NCBI GenBank assembly: GCA_963804165.1
Contig: CAWDPO010000013.1
Location: 46,976 to 110,975 of the forward strand
Direction: 5' to 3'
DNA: 64,000 nucleotides
Source: an uncultured delta proteobacterium
Lineage (GTDB): Bacteria > Desulfobacterota > Binatia > UBA9968
In this document: positions 37,070 through 45,842 of the stretch, one piece after another
How positions within the stretch are numbered: the first letter of the stretch is position 1
How the letters are laid out: each line of letters starts with the position of its first letter
The notes under the pieces: generated by a model
What the model saw: the letters and a program-made list of their open reading frames with translations, nothing else
Told to the model about the DNA's origin: nothing
Databases searched by the model: none
Translations under genes and position numbers: made by a program

Positions 37070-37474
37070 ATGACACTACGCAACCTGATTGCGATAGCCG
37101 CCTCGATGATTGCATTGCCGCTCTTCGCCTGGGCGCAACACGATCATTCGACACCGGCGAAACCCGCCACTGCAAAGACCGCGAAACCGGCGCCCAAACC
37201 GGCGGAGGGCGCGAGCATCAAGATTATTTCACCGACCACTGGCCAGGTCCTCAAAGGTGACAAAGTGCCTATCGAGTATAAGCTCACCAAAGGTAAGCGC
37301 GGCCACCACGCCCACGCCTATGTGGACGGCGAGCTAATGGGTATGTTCGAAAGCGAAAAGGGCACGCTCAACGGCATCAAACCCGGCAAACATTTATTGG
37401 AGCTGCGCGTCGTCGCCACCGATCACGAAACCGAGTTGAACGCCAGCGACAAGGTCCAGTTCACAGTCAAATAG
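37070..37474 (+). CDS. His-rich periplasmic putative metal-binding protein (Ig-like)
   Basis: Signal peptide then QHDH; 'GHHAHAYVDG', 'PGKHLLEL...TDH'. Confidence 0.75.
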   Translation: MTLRNLIAIAASMIALPLFAWAQHDHSTPAKPATAKTAKPAPKPAEGASIKIISPTTGQVLKGDKVPIEYKLTKGKRGHHAHAYVDGELMGMFESEKGTLNGIKPGKHLLELRVVATDHETELNASDKVQFTVK

Positions 37475-37503
37475 TGTGCACTGCCTGCACAAAGCCCGGC
37501 TGC

Positions 37504-37532
37504 TTGCGCTGTCAAAGCGGTCCGACTAGGAT
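37504..37532 (+). promoter_or_regulatory. putative sigma70 promoter upstream of the RAPP leader ORF
   Basis: TTGCGC-17 bp-TAGGAT, 15 nt before the ATG at 37548. Confidence 0.4.
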
Positions 37533-37547
37533 GGCCCGTAATTGCCG

Positions 37548-37946
37548 ATGAACCCCGGAAGACCAGTCTCTAAACACCAGCGCGGCCTATACCTGAGCGT
37601 CGCCGCCGCGTTCTGGTTTTTTCTCGCCGCGTCCGCGCCGCACCGGGTGCATCATTTTTTCGTCGGGCAAGTTCTTGCGCCGCGGGCGCAAATCGCCGTC
37701 CACGCCCAGGAGCGCGGTGAGCATCACAGCCACGATGATCATGACCGTCAACACGACCAACGACCGCTGCAGCAAAACGATTGCAGCGTCTTGTCCGTCG
37801 CTCAAAACGCGCACGCTTCAATCGTTCAGCCGTTTTCCTTTACCGTTCTCGAATGCGCGGTTACGCGCCGGCACGAACGGCCCGTAATAAGCGCGCCATC
37901 GTTCAATCCGGCACCTTTTTCTCAGCGCGCGCCGCCCCTGCTCTAG
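37548..37946 (+). CDS. DUF2946/CruR/CutF-like exported leader protein with His-rich region and C-terminal RAPP motif
   Basis: Hydrophobic N-terminus, HRVHH, EHHSHDDHDRQHD, Cys, Pro-rich tail ending QRAPPLL*. Confidence 0.75.
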   Translation: MNPGRPVSKHQRGLYLSVAAAFWFFLAASAPHRVHHFFVGQVLAPRAQIAVHAQERGEHHSHDDHDRQHDQRPLQQNDCSVLSVAQNAHASIVQPFSFTVLECAVTRRHERPVISAPSFNPAPFSQRAPPLL

Positions 37947-38175
37947 CCTTTTCCTGTTTTTCCCAAACTACTTTCGCCGTTATCGTTGAGCTCGCACTTC
38001 GATAGGTTATTTGTCGAACGAGAGGTTTAAATGTTGCTTCGCCGCCAATCCGTCGGCGGGTCTGCTGCTTTGATGGCACCGAATCGTCGAATCGCGGCGA
38101 GATCTGTGTGCGCATCGCGGTAAAAGCGATTTGGCCTAATGATCGAATCATTAAGCGACCAGGCAGGTGATAGGT

Positions 38176-39501
38176 ATGAGAGCGTATTTCACCAGATCGG
38201 CATCAATTCTATGCTGCTTGCTTTTTTTCGGATGTAGTTCCAATACGGCCGTGCCGGCCGCGGCAAGCCGGACGAACCGGGTGACGTTCGGACCGGAGAT
38301 CAGCATCGGCAACGCGGAAGCGAATCCCGCGACGCCGTTTCTGCGTTACGCTCCAGACGGCCGGCTCTTTGCTGTATGGACCGAGGACCACGATACACCG
38401 TGGCCGCAAGGAAAAGATTCCACCGGACACCATCGTATGTCGGGCGATCGAGCGCCGTCGCCGATGCGCAACGTATTTCTCGCCTGGTCGACGGACAGAG
38501 GAAAAACTTGGTCAGCGCGCAAGCGGGTGAATAGCGAAGTCGAAGCCGTCCAAGGAGAAGAAAACGGACCCAAAGTCGCGTTCGACGCCAACAACCGGGC
38601 CTACGTTGTCTGGTCGATCCCGGGAAGGAAAGGAGACAAGACCCGCGCCAATATTCGCTTCGCTAGGGACGACGGCAAAGGTGGCTTTACGCCTGCGCGA
38701 ACCTTGAACGAAATTGAGGACGCCGCTCGCTTTCCGATCATCGAAGCGACGCCCGCAGGCGATTTCCTGATCGCCTGGATCGACCGGCGCATCGACAATC
38801 CGAAACCGCGCCAACTCTATTTAATTAGGCTCGGTGGCGACGGGAAAGCGCTGACGAAGAATTATCCGGTCGGGGAAGGCCTTTGTGAGTGTTGCAAACT
38901 GGGCGTCGCATTCGCCGGCGGCAGCAAAACGGTCTATATGGTGGACCGTGAAGTAGACGGCAATAAAATTCGCAACCACGTGCTACGCAAGTCGACGGAT
39001 GGTGCCGCGACCTTCAGCGCGCCGGTCGAAATCAGTGACGACGGCTGGCAAGTGCCCTCCTGTCCACACTCGGGCCCGAGCATCGGTCGCGACCGCCGCG
39101 GTTGGCTCCACGTGACCTGGTTCACCCTAGGCCGCTCGGAAAAAGAAGCGGGCATTTATTACAGCGTGTCGAAAGACGATGGCAAAAGCTTTGAACCTCG
39201 CCAGCTGGTGCACGCCAACACGGCGCCGGAAACTCTCTATGCCAACTTAGCGGTGGGCGATGACGATAACATTTACCTGGCATGGAGTAATCTCGACAAT
39301 CGCAGCCGGGCGCAAATATTCATGCGCACGATTGCAAGCGATGGTAAAACCTGGAGCCCGATACAGCAGATCAGCGACGCTAAAGCCAACGCCAGCCGGC
39401 CGGTTCTGGCGTTGCGCGAGAATCACGTGCACATTGCTTGGACGGAAACGGACAGTGAGGACTCACGCGTGGTCCTCAGAAGCGCGGCGGTGGACCGGTG
39501 A
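38176..39501 (+). CDS. BNR/Asp-box (sialidase-like) lipoprotein with CECC and CPH motifs
   Basis: Lipobox LFFGC; Asp boxes STDRGKTW, STDGAATF, SKDDGKSF, SDGKTW; 'LCECCK', 'WQVPSCPHSGP'. Confidence 0.8.
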   Translation: MRAYFTRSASILCCLLFFGCSSNTAVPAAASRTNRVTFGPEISIGNAEANPATPFLRYAPDGRLFAVWTEDHDTPWPQGKDSTGHHRMSGDRAPSPMRNVFLAWSTDRGKTWSARKRVNSEVEAVQGEENGPKVAFDANNRAYVVWSIPGRKGDKTRANIRFARDDGKGGFTPARTLNEIEDAARFPIIEATPAGDFLIAWIDRRIDNPKPRQLYLIRLGGDGKALTKNYPVGEGLCECCKLGVAFAGGSKTVYMVDREVDGNKIRNHVLRKSTDGAATFSAPVEISDDGWQVPSCPHSGPSIGRDRRGWLHVTWFTLGRSEKEAGIYYSVSKDDGKSFEPRQLVHANTAPETLYANLAVGDDDNIYLAWSNLDNRSRAQIFMRTIASDGKTWSPIQQISDAKANASRPVLALRENHVHIAWTETDSEDSRVVLRSAAVDR

Positions 39502-40079
39502 AGTCAAATTCAATTGTGGCGATACTCCTCATCCATTGGCGGAATGTGAGGTTGTTGGCATCAGCGCTCTGTTGCGCCGCCGCGATTGCGCTAGCGCCGG
39601 CGACCGGCTGGACGCAGCACGAGCACAACACCGGCCAAAGCGCCGTGCCATCGGTCGGTGGTCCGGCGATACCGTTCGATCTCAAATCGCTCGAAGGCAA
39701 GTCGGTCGGATTGGCAAGCTTCCGCGGTCAGCCGTTAGTGCTGAACTTTTTCGCTAGTTGGTGCGATCCCTGCCGCGAGGAAATGCCGCTGATCAATGAT
39801 CTCGCGTCAAGGAGTGCCACGGAGGGTTACAGCGTGCTGGGCGTCGCCGTCGAAGACAGCCGTGCCGCGGTGACGGAGTACGCCAAAGAAACCAAGCTGG
39901 TCTTTCCGATCGCGCTCGACTTGAACAGCACGGTGAAGCGCGCCTATCGCATCTTCGGCCCGCCGGCGACGTTTTTCATCGATGCTCAGGGCGTCGTTCG
40001 CGACATCGTTCTTGGTCCATTGACACGCGAGCGGGCACTTGAAGCACTTAAGAAAACCAGAGCGGTCGTGAAGAACTAA
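39498..40079 (+). CDS. TlpA/ResA-like thiol-disulfide reductase
   Basis: 'LNFFASWCDPCREEMP', 'GPPATFFID'; QHEH after the signal peptide. Confidence 0.9.
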   Translation: MKSNSIVAILLIHWRNVRLLASALCCAAAIALAPATGWTQHEHNTGQSAVPSVGGPAIPFDLKSLEGKSVGLASFRGQPLVLNFFASWCDPCREEMPLINDLASRSATEGYSVLGVAVEDSRAAVTEYAKETKLVFPIALDLNSTVKRAYRIFGPPATFFIDAQGVVRDIVLGPLTRERALEALKKTRAVVKN

Positions 40080-40100
40080 AAACGATTGTTTTTCAAATCG

Positions 40101-41018
40101 ATGTTTTCTGACAGAACGCCCATTTACGTGGGTGCGATCACTTTCCTGTTAATCGTGGCGACTCCTTATGCGGCGGCAGGCGTGCCAATTCGTTCGCAAG
40201 ACGGCCCACTTCGGGTAGTCGAATCCTACCTCCGGGCAACTCAAGCGCGCGACTTTGGAACGGCCTACAGCTACATTTCCAACACCGACCAACGGATCAG
40301 GGACAAAGCCGGCTATCTGCGATCTCAGGAATACCTCAGCGGTTTCGCCCTCGAGCTTGCCAACCGACTCGTCGCTAAAATGAAAGTGTGGGTGATCAAT
40401 CAAAAAGTCGGACCGGCGAAGGCCCGTTTCGAAGTCGGCTATCGACGACCCGCCGGTGATGAAATTTCGTCACGACTTTTCGATTGGAATGCCAGCAAGC
40501 TCAACGCTCTACCGCAGAGCGAACAGCGGCGCCTGGCCGAAGCTTTGGAAAATTTCCAAAGATCAGGAAAGATGGTATCCCTCGAAGGGCACGAGACTTT
40601 GGATCTCGTACGTGAGAAAGACGGATGGAAAATTTTTCTCGATTGGGCAGCGCGCTCGCGCGTTATTTTCGCCTCGACGACGCCGTCCTCCGGTGCACTG
40701 GAGGTTCAGTTTCCACGCAATGATTTTCTGGTTGCAACCAACGAGCCGTTTCAAATCGACTTCACGGTCAGAAACCGAAGCCCGCGCGCGACGGTCGCCA
40801 GACTCACCCACCTTATCGAGCCGCGCGGTTTGGCCAAGAACGTGGAGATGATCGCGTGCGGTTCACTGTCGCCGCTGCGGCTCAAGCCGGGTCAAGCTCG
40901 GGAAGTGTCCAGCTCGTATATCTTAGGAGGTGATCTTTCTCCCCGATCGCGTCTCTTGATCATCTACCAATTTACTTTAGAGTCCAAACTCGCGGCGACG
41001 AACCCGTCTCGCGAGTGA
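40101..41018 (+). CDS. exported protein with an NTF2-like N-domain and Cox11/CtaG-like C-domain, paralog 1
   Basis: Shares 'YL.A..ARDF..AY.Y/F', 'LFDW', 'LV.E.DGW.IFL.WAA' and 'H.IEP...C...P..L.PG' with two neighbours. Confidence 0.7.
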   Translation: MFSDRTPIYVGAITFLLIVATPYAAAGVPIRSQDGPLRVVESYLRATQARDFGTAYSYISNTDQRIRDKAGYLRSQEYLSGFALELANRLVAKMKVWVINQKVGPAKARFEVGYRRPAGDEISSRLFDWNASKLNALPQSEQRRLAEALENFQRSGKMVSLEGHETLDLVREKDGWKIFLDWAARSRVIFASTTPSSGALEVQFPRNDFLVATNEPFQIDFTVRNRSPRATVARLTHLIEPRGLAKNVEMIACGSLSPLRLKPGQAREVSSSYILGGDLSPRSRLLIIYQFTLESKLAATNPSRE

Positions 41019-41042
41019 GCGACGCAGAATCCGGTTATTTTG

Positions 41043-41957
41043 ATGGCAAGTAACGACCGCTGTCCGCGAGGGAGATTCAATCCGCCGCGATCCTTGCGGA
41101 TCGCTCTCTTCCTAGTGCTCGTGGCTCAGGAAACTCTTCACTGTGCCGAACAGTCGTTCAATCAGCACGCATCCGCCTCCGTGATTCACGCTTATCTGCG
41201 GGCGACTTATGCCCGCGACTTCGCCACGGCGTATCGCTTTGTCTCCGCCGAAGATCGTAAAGTGCGCGACCTAAATCGCTACCTCCGGCAACGTGGACCG
41301 TATGACGGCTTCATTCTGGAAGCAGCGAAGAAGCTGAGCGAATTCGTCGAAATTCAAGCGCTGAAGACGCGCGAATCGCCGAACCGCGTTCACGTGTCGA
41401 TCAAATACCGCGTTCCCGACCCGCAAAAACTCGCACTGCTACTATTCAACTGGGATCCGTACCGCTTGAATGCTTTGCTGCCGACCGAGCAAAAACAACT
41501 TATCGATTTGCTGGACAAACGGGGTACCGAAGGCTCACTCGCGATGAGCCAAGGCGAAGAAGCCTTCGAGTTGGTCAAAGAATCTGACGGCTGGCGCATT
41601 TTTTTGAACTGGGCCGCGGGCGTGAAGATCCCGCTCCGGCTCGACTTATCTAAGTCAACGGACCTGGACGTTGCGCTTTCGAAGAATGAATTTGTCCTAC
41701 AGCCCGGCGAGCTATTCGAGATTGTTTTGCGAATCAAGAACCACGCCAAGCAGCCGGTTACTGTGCGCATCGGACATCTAGTCGAGCCCAGCTCGATCGC
41801 CGATTTTCTCGATTTTGTTCAATGCGGTTTTCTCCTACCGGTCACAGTTCAGCCCGAAAAGGAACAAGAATTTTCAGGCACCTACATGTTACGAGGCAGC
41901 CTCCCCGAAGGCATTCGTCAATTGACTTTGACCTACGACTTCCGCCAGCTTAAGTAA
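41043..41957 (+). CDS. exported protein with an NTF2-like N-domain and Cox11/CtaG-like C-domain, paralog 2
   Basis: 'YLRATYARDFATAYRF', 'QPGELF..V..KN', 'HLVEP', 'VQCGFLLP', 'LPEGIRQLTLTYDF'. Confidence 0.72.
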   Translation: MASNDRCPRGRFNPPRSLRIALFLVLVAQETLHCAEQSFNQHASASVIHAYLRATYARDFATAYRFVSAEDRKVRDLNRYLRQRGPYDGFILEAAKKLSEFVEIQALKTRESPNRVHVSIKYRVPDPQKLALLLFNWDPYRLNALLPTEQKQLIDLLDKRGTEGSLAMSQGEEAFELVKESDGWRIFLNWAAGVKIPLRLDLSKSTDLDVALSKNEFVLQPGELFEIVLRIKNHAKQPVTVRIGHLVEPSSIADFLDFVQCGFLLPVTVQPEKEQEFSGTYMLRGSLPEGIRQLTLTYDFRQLK

Positions 41958-42059
41958 TCCTTTGACGCGAGAGGGCTCCCGTATCTGGCGCGCCCATCTT
42001 TTTTGTGATTAATTAAAAATGGAATTTGTTCGTCTAATCCATCGTGAGGCGAGAAACTG

Positions 42060-42653
42060 ATGAAAAACTTTAGCCGCATTTTTGTTCTGCTGTTTTGGAC
42101 CGTCGTCGGTCCACGTCAATTGGGCGAGGTCATTCTCGTTCGACCCCTTTCGATCGGCGCTGCCAACGCTCAAGATTCCGCCTTTGAATCGAAAAAGATC
42201 GTTCCGTTCGTGCCCTCGCCACAAGTGGTGGTGGATAAGATGGTCGAGCTCGCGGGTGTGAAAAAAGGCGACGTCGTGTTCGACCTGGGTTCGGGCGACG
42301 GCCGGATCGTCATCGCGGCGGCAAAAAGAGGCGCCACGGCGATCGGCTTTGAAATCGACGGCGATCTGGTGAAGGAGTCGCGCGAGAATATTCGCAAGGC
42401 CGGCGTTCAGGATTTAGCCGAGATTCGCCAGCAGGATATTCTCACCGTCGACTTTTCGCCTGCGTCAGTGGTGACCATGTATTTGCTGCCCGACGTCAAC
42501 TTGAAGTTGAAACCCAATCTTTTGAGTCAGCTCAAACCCGGCTCGCGTCTCGTCTCTCATGCCTTCGACATGGGCGACTGGAAACCGGAGAAAGTCGAGC
42601 GGGTCGAGGGGCGTACGGTCTATTTTTGGACCATTCCGGCAAAGGGACGCTAA
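42060..42653 (+). CDS. SAM-dependent methyltransferase (FAM173/DOT1-like bacterial type)
   Basis: 'VPFVPSP..VV..M..LA', 'DLGSGDGRIVIAAAK', 'VVTMYLL', 'LKPGSRLVSHAF'. Confidence 0.85.
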   Translation: MKNFSRIFVLLFWTVVGPRQLGEVILVRPLSIGAANAQDSAFESKKIVPFVPSPQVVVDKMVELAGVKKGDVVFDLGSGDGRIVIAAAKRGATAIGFEIDGDLVKESRENIRKAGVQDLAEIRQQDILTVDFSPASVVTMYLLPDVNLKLKPNLLSQLKPGSRLVSHAFDMGDWKPEKVERVEGRTVYFWTIPAKGR

Positions 42654-42698
42654 TCCGAGCGGGGGATCCTCGACCAAGATTCTGCCTTGACCACCCGA

Positions 42699-43592
42699 AT
42701 GCCCCGCCTTGTTAAAAATTTTCTTCTGTTCGTTTTTACGGCTGCCACGCTGGCGCTGCCCGGGATCTATTGGATCAACACGGTCGGCGACAGACGCCCT
42801 GAGGACCCGACCCAGGTTTTGTCGAAATATCTTAAATTCCTTTATGCGCGCGATTTTCGTCACGCGTATCGATTCATCGCCAGCGAAGATCAGCAGTTGA
42901 AACCGCAAAAAGATTACATCCGCGAGCACGACCCGTTCAGTGGTTTCGCGTTGCAAGCCGCGCGCAAGCTGGCCGGCCTGATCGAGCTCAGGCCGGTATC
43001 GGAGCAACCGGATGGGAAAGCCAGCCGCGTCCGGGTCGCTATGAAGCTTCCTGACGCCAAAGGGATCTCGGAGTTATTGCTCGACTGGGATGAAAAACGG
43101 TTGAACGCCCTGTCGGTGCCGGCGCAAAATAAGATTATTTCGACCATCGACAACCTGATTCGGCAACGGAAATTGCCGATGATCGAGGGCGAGGAAGAGT
43201 TTGTCTTGGTGAAAGAAGACGCGCTTTGGAAAGTTAAACTCAATTGGGCTGCCGGCGTTAAGGTTAAGTTTGCCACCGTTCTGCCGCACAACGGCGACCT
43301 GGTGGCGGAACCGATCACCAAGGAAACGGTTGCACGCTCGGACGACTTATTTACAATCGGATTCAAAGTAAAAAACCGCGCCTCCCGCGAAGTCGTCACT
43401 CGGATCGCGCACCGGGTCGAGCCCAAGGAGTTTGCACAATATCTGGATCTCGTCGAATGCGCTCTTTTACTTCCTGTGCGGCTTCGCCCGGGCGAAGAGC
43501 AAACTTATAACAGCACCTATGTCGTTCGCGGCGATTTGCCGGACGGCATCAAAGGCCTGGACGTTACCTATGAGTTCAAAGTCGAAAATTAA
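42699..43592 (+). CDS. membrane-anchored protein with an NTF2-like N-domain and Cox11/CtaG-like C-domain, paralog 3
   Basis: 'YLKFLYARDFRHAYRF', 'HRVEP', 'YLDLVECALLLP.RLRPGEEQ', 'LPDGIKGLDVTYEF'. Confidence 0.72.
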   Translation: MPRLVKNFLLFVFTAATLALPGIYWINTVGDRRPEDPTQVLSKYLKFLYARDFRHAYRFIASEDQQLKPQKDYIREHDPFSGFALQAARKLAGLIELRPVSEQPDGKASRVRVAMKLPDAKGISELLLDWDEKRLNALSVPAQNKIISTIDNLIRQRKLPMIEGEEEFVLVKEDALWKVKLNWAAGVKVKFATVLPHNGDLVAEPITKETVARSDDLFTIGFKVKNRASREVVTRIAHRVEPKEFAQYLDLVECALLLPVRLRPGEEQTYNSTYVVRGDLPDGIKGLDVTYEFKVEN

Positions 43593-44199
43593 CCGGGCAC
43601 TTTTTTTCGCCCTGACCACGACGACTCTTTTCTCGCCAGTCGCCTGGTCTCATATCCCTATTCCGCCCAAAGCACCGAGCGAAATAGGCCGCCGAGTCGT
43701 GAAAACCGCCGTGCCGGACTTCAATCTCACCGATCAAGACGGCAAACCGTTTCACTTCGCCGCGGCAAGAGGAAAATTGATTCTGATCAATTTCATATTC
43801 ACGACCTGTCCTGACGTCTGCCCGCTGTTAACGGCCAATTTCGCAGCGATCCATCGGACGTTGGACGAAAACAAGGTCAAAGACTATCTGTTGCTCAGCA
43901 TTACCACCGATCCCGAACGGGACACGGCGCCGATTTTGAAGGACTACGCCGGCCGCTTCAAAGCCGACTTGAAGCATTGGTCGTTTCTGACCGGCACCCG
44001 CCCGGAGTTGGCCAAAGTATGGAAAGGCTTCGGCATCAACGTCGTCAAAAACGAGTCCGGACAAGTGCAGCACACGACGTTCACGACTTTGGTGGATCGC
44101 CAAGGTAACCGTCGGGTCGACTACTACGGCGACAAATGGCAGGACAAGGAAGTTCTCAATGATCTTGGGAGGCTGCGCGCGCGAAAACCTTTAAGTTAA
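43570..44199 (+). CDS. SCO1/SenC family protein
   Basis: 'FIFTTCPDVCP', 'ITTDPERD', 'VQHT'. Confidence 0.9.
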   Translation: MSSKSKINRALFFALTTTTLFSPVAWSHIPIPPKAPSEIGRRVVKTAVPDFNLTDQDGKPFHFAAARGKLILINFIFTTCPDVCPLLTANFAAIHRTLDENKVKDYLLLSITTDPERDTAPILKDYAGRFKADLKHWSFLTGTRPELAKVWKGFGINVVKNESGQVQHTTFTTLVDRQGNRRVDYYGDKWQDKEVLNDLGRLRARKPLS

Positions 44200-44234
44200 T
44201 ACTCGCGCGTCGAAGACTCAGAATTTTTCAGTGC

Positions 44235-44813
44235 ATGCCGAACCCGTCGAAGCAGTTCTTTCCGTTTTTTAGTGCTCTGCCCCTGATCGCTGCCTGCCTA
44301 TTCACAAACGCGGCAAGAGCTGCCCAGAACGATCGGGGAATTTTCGAGATTCAAATCAAGGATCATCGTGAAGCGATCGGTGATTTTGCCAAGTTCGATA
44401 TCGCGCTCGATAAACTTCTGATCAGTCCCAGGGCGGGACTGATGTTCTGGCAAACGGGTTGGAAAGAGCTACAGCCGTCGGTCGCCGTGGTGGATCTGAC
44501 CCAATACGTCGGCAAAAAAACTGCGCGAGTGTATCGCGGTGAAATTAACCCGGGATCATTCGACGCATTTCATGTAAAAATTAAGAGCATCGACGCCCTG
44601 CTGAAAAAGACCCGCCGCTCGACATCGGTCAAAGATATCGTTGGCGCGGTGAAACTGTCTTTTCAGGTGCCCGCTAAAGGAGAGACCGTTCTCGTGCTCG
44701 ATCTCGTCGTCACCGACTTTTCCGACCACCCCCCGCGCGGCTATGAACTCGGTATCAAAGGCTACGAGCTCTACGTTAACGGCAGACTCATGGAGAGAAT
44801 ACCGCCCGGATGA
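44235..44813 (+). CDS. exported DUF4382-like protein
   Basis: Signal peptide, 'IKDH', 'VVDLTQY', 'PGSFDAF', 'VLDLVV.D.SDH'. Confidence 0.55.
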   Translation: MPNPSKQFFPFFSALPLIAACLFTNAARAAQNDRGIFEIQIKDHREAIGDFAKFDIALDKLLISPRAGLMFWQTGWKELQPSVAVVDLTQYVGKKTARVYRGEINPGSFDAFHVKIKSIDALLKKTRRSTSVKDIVGAVKLSFQVPAKGETVLVLDLVVTDFSDHPPRGYELGIKGYELYVNGRLMERIPPG

Positions 44814-45189
44814 TTATGCCTCTAGGTTCGTCGATTCGAGCTGGCGCCCTTCGAGTTACTAGCCGTCGAAGTTTTCGTGCCCGCGAAAGTTTCTCGATAC
44901 TTCACAATTTCGTGACTTGAAACTTTACTCACGCCACGCGCATCCAGATCGACGACGAAGGAACACGAAAAACGCAACCTGATTAAATATTTTCTCGGCG
45001 GTCTTAGCCGCCGGCACAACAGGTCGCCGGCCCGCCCGCGCTCCCTCAGCTGATCCCGCCTCGGGACACTACGTTTCTCAATCCATCTCGTAGTCCGTCT
45101 GAAGAATCCGCGTTTTGTCCTCGGTTCCCTCATCTCTACACAAACGCTAAATTTCCCGTTAGAATCTTTCCGCTCGGTTAGCTCCGATC

Positions 45190-45837
45190 ATGGACGCATC
45201 TAAAACTCGGTTTATCCTGCTCGGCCTCGCTGTCGTTGGTTTGGGCATCGTTCTCGGCACGGCGCTCTGGCTTAGACTCGGTCCGCGCGCGCAATTCGGG
45301 CGCGGCGCGCCTGACTCTGCCCATGGCTTAAATCAGTACGGAATCGTGCCGGATTTTTCGTTCACGGAAAGAAACGGCAGCGCCATGGGCTTGGCCCAGT
45401 TACGCGGCAAAATATGGATCGCCGACTTTATTTACACGACCTGCACCGACACTTGCCCGCTGCAAACCGCCACGATGGCCAAGTTGCAAGCGGAGTTTGC
45501 CGCCAAGCCGGATATTCAGCTGGTGTCGTTTACCGTCGATCCCGAACGCGACACACCTCAAGCCCTGACTCTTTATGCGAACAAGTATCAGGCCGATGCC
45601 AAGCGCTGGTATTTTTTGACCGGCGAGCGCGACCGAATTTTTCGTCTGATCCTGGAAGGCTTTCATTTAGCCGTGGCGTCGATGCCCAACAATGGCGACC
45701 CCAGCGGCATGATCCCACACAGCCCACGTTTTGTGTTGGTGGACAAGGAAGCGCGCATACGCGGGTACTACGACAGCCGTGAATCGGCGGCGCTGGTCCG
45801 GCTGAAAAACGACATCGACAGCTTAACGAAGGGATAG
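45190..45837 (+). CDS. SCO1/SenC family protein (membrane anchored)
   Basis: 'FIYTTCTDTCP', 'VDPERDT', 'PHSPRFVLVD..ARIRGYYD'. Confidence 0.92.
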   Translation: MDASKTRFILLGLAVVGLGIVLGTALWLRLGPRAQFGRGAPDSAHGLNQYGIVPDFSFTERNGSAMGLAQLRGKIWIADFIYTTCTDTCPLQTATMAKLQAEFAAKPDIQLVSFTVDPERDTPQALTLYANKYQADAKRWYFLTGERDRIFRLILEGFHLAVASMPNNGDPSGMIPHSPRFVLVDKEARIRGYYDSRESAALVRLKNDIDSLTKG

Positions 45838-45842
45838 CAGCG

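Noticed and set aside
44822-45133. 103 aa minus-strand ORF between the DUF4382-like gene and SCO
   Set aside because: Arg/Ser-rich with no recognisable motif; cannot be supported as a gene
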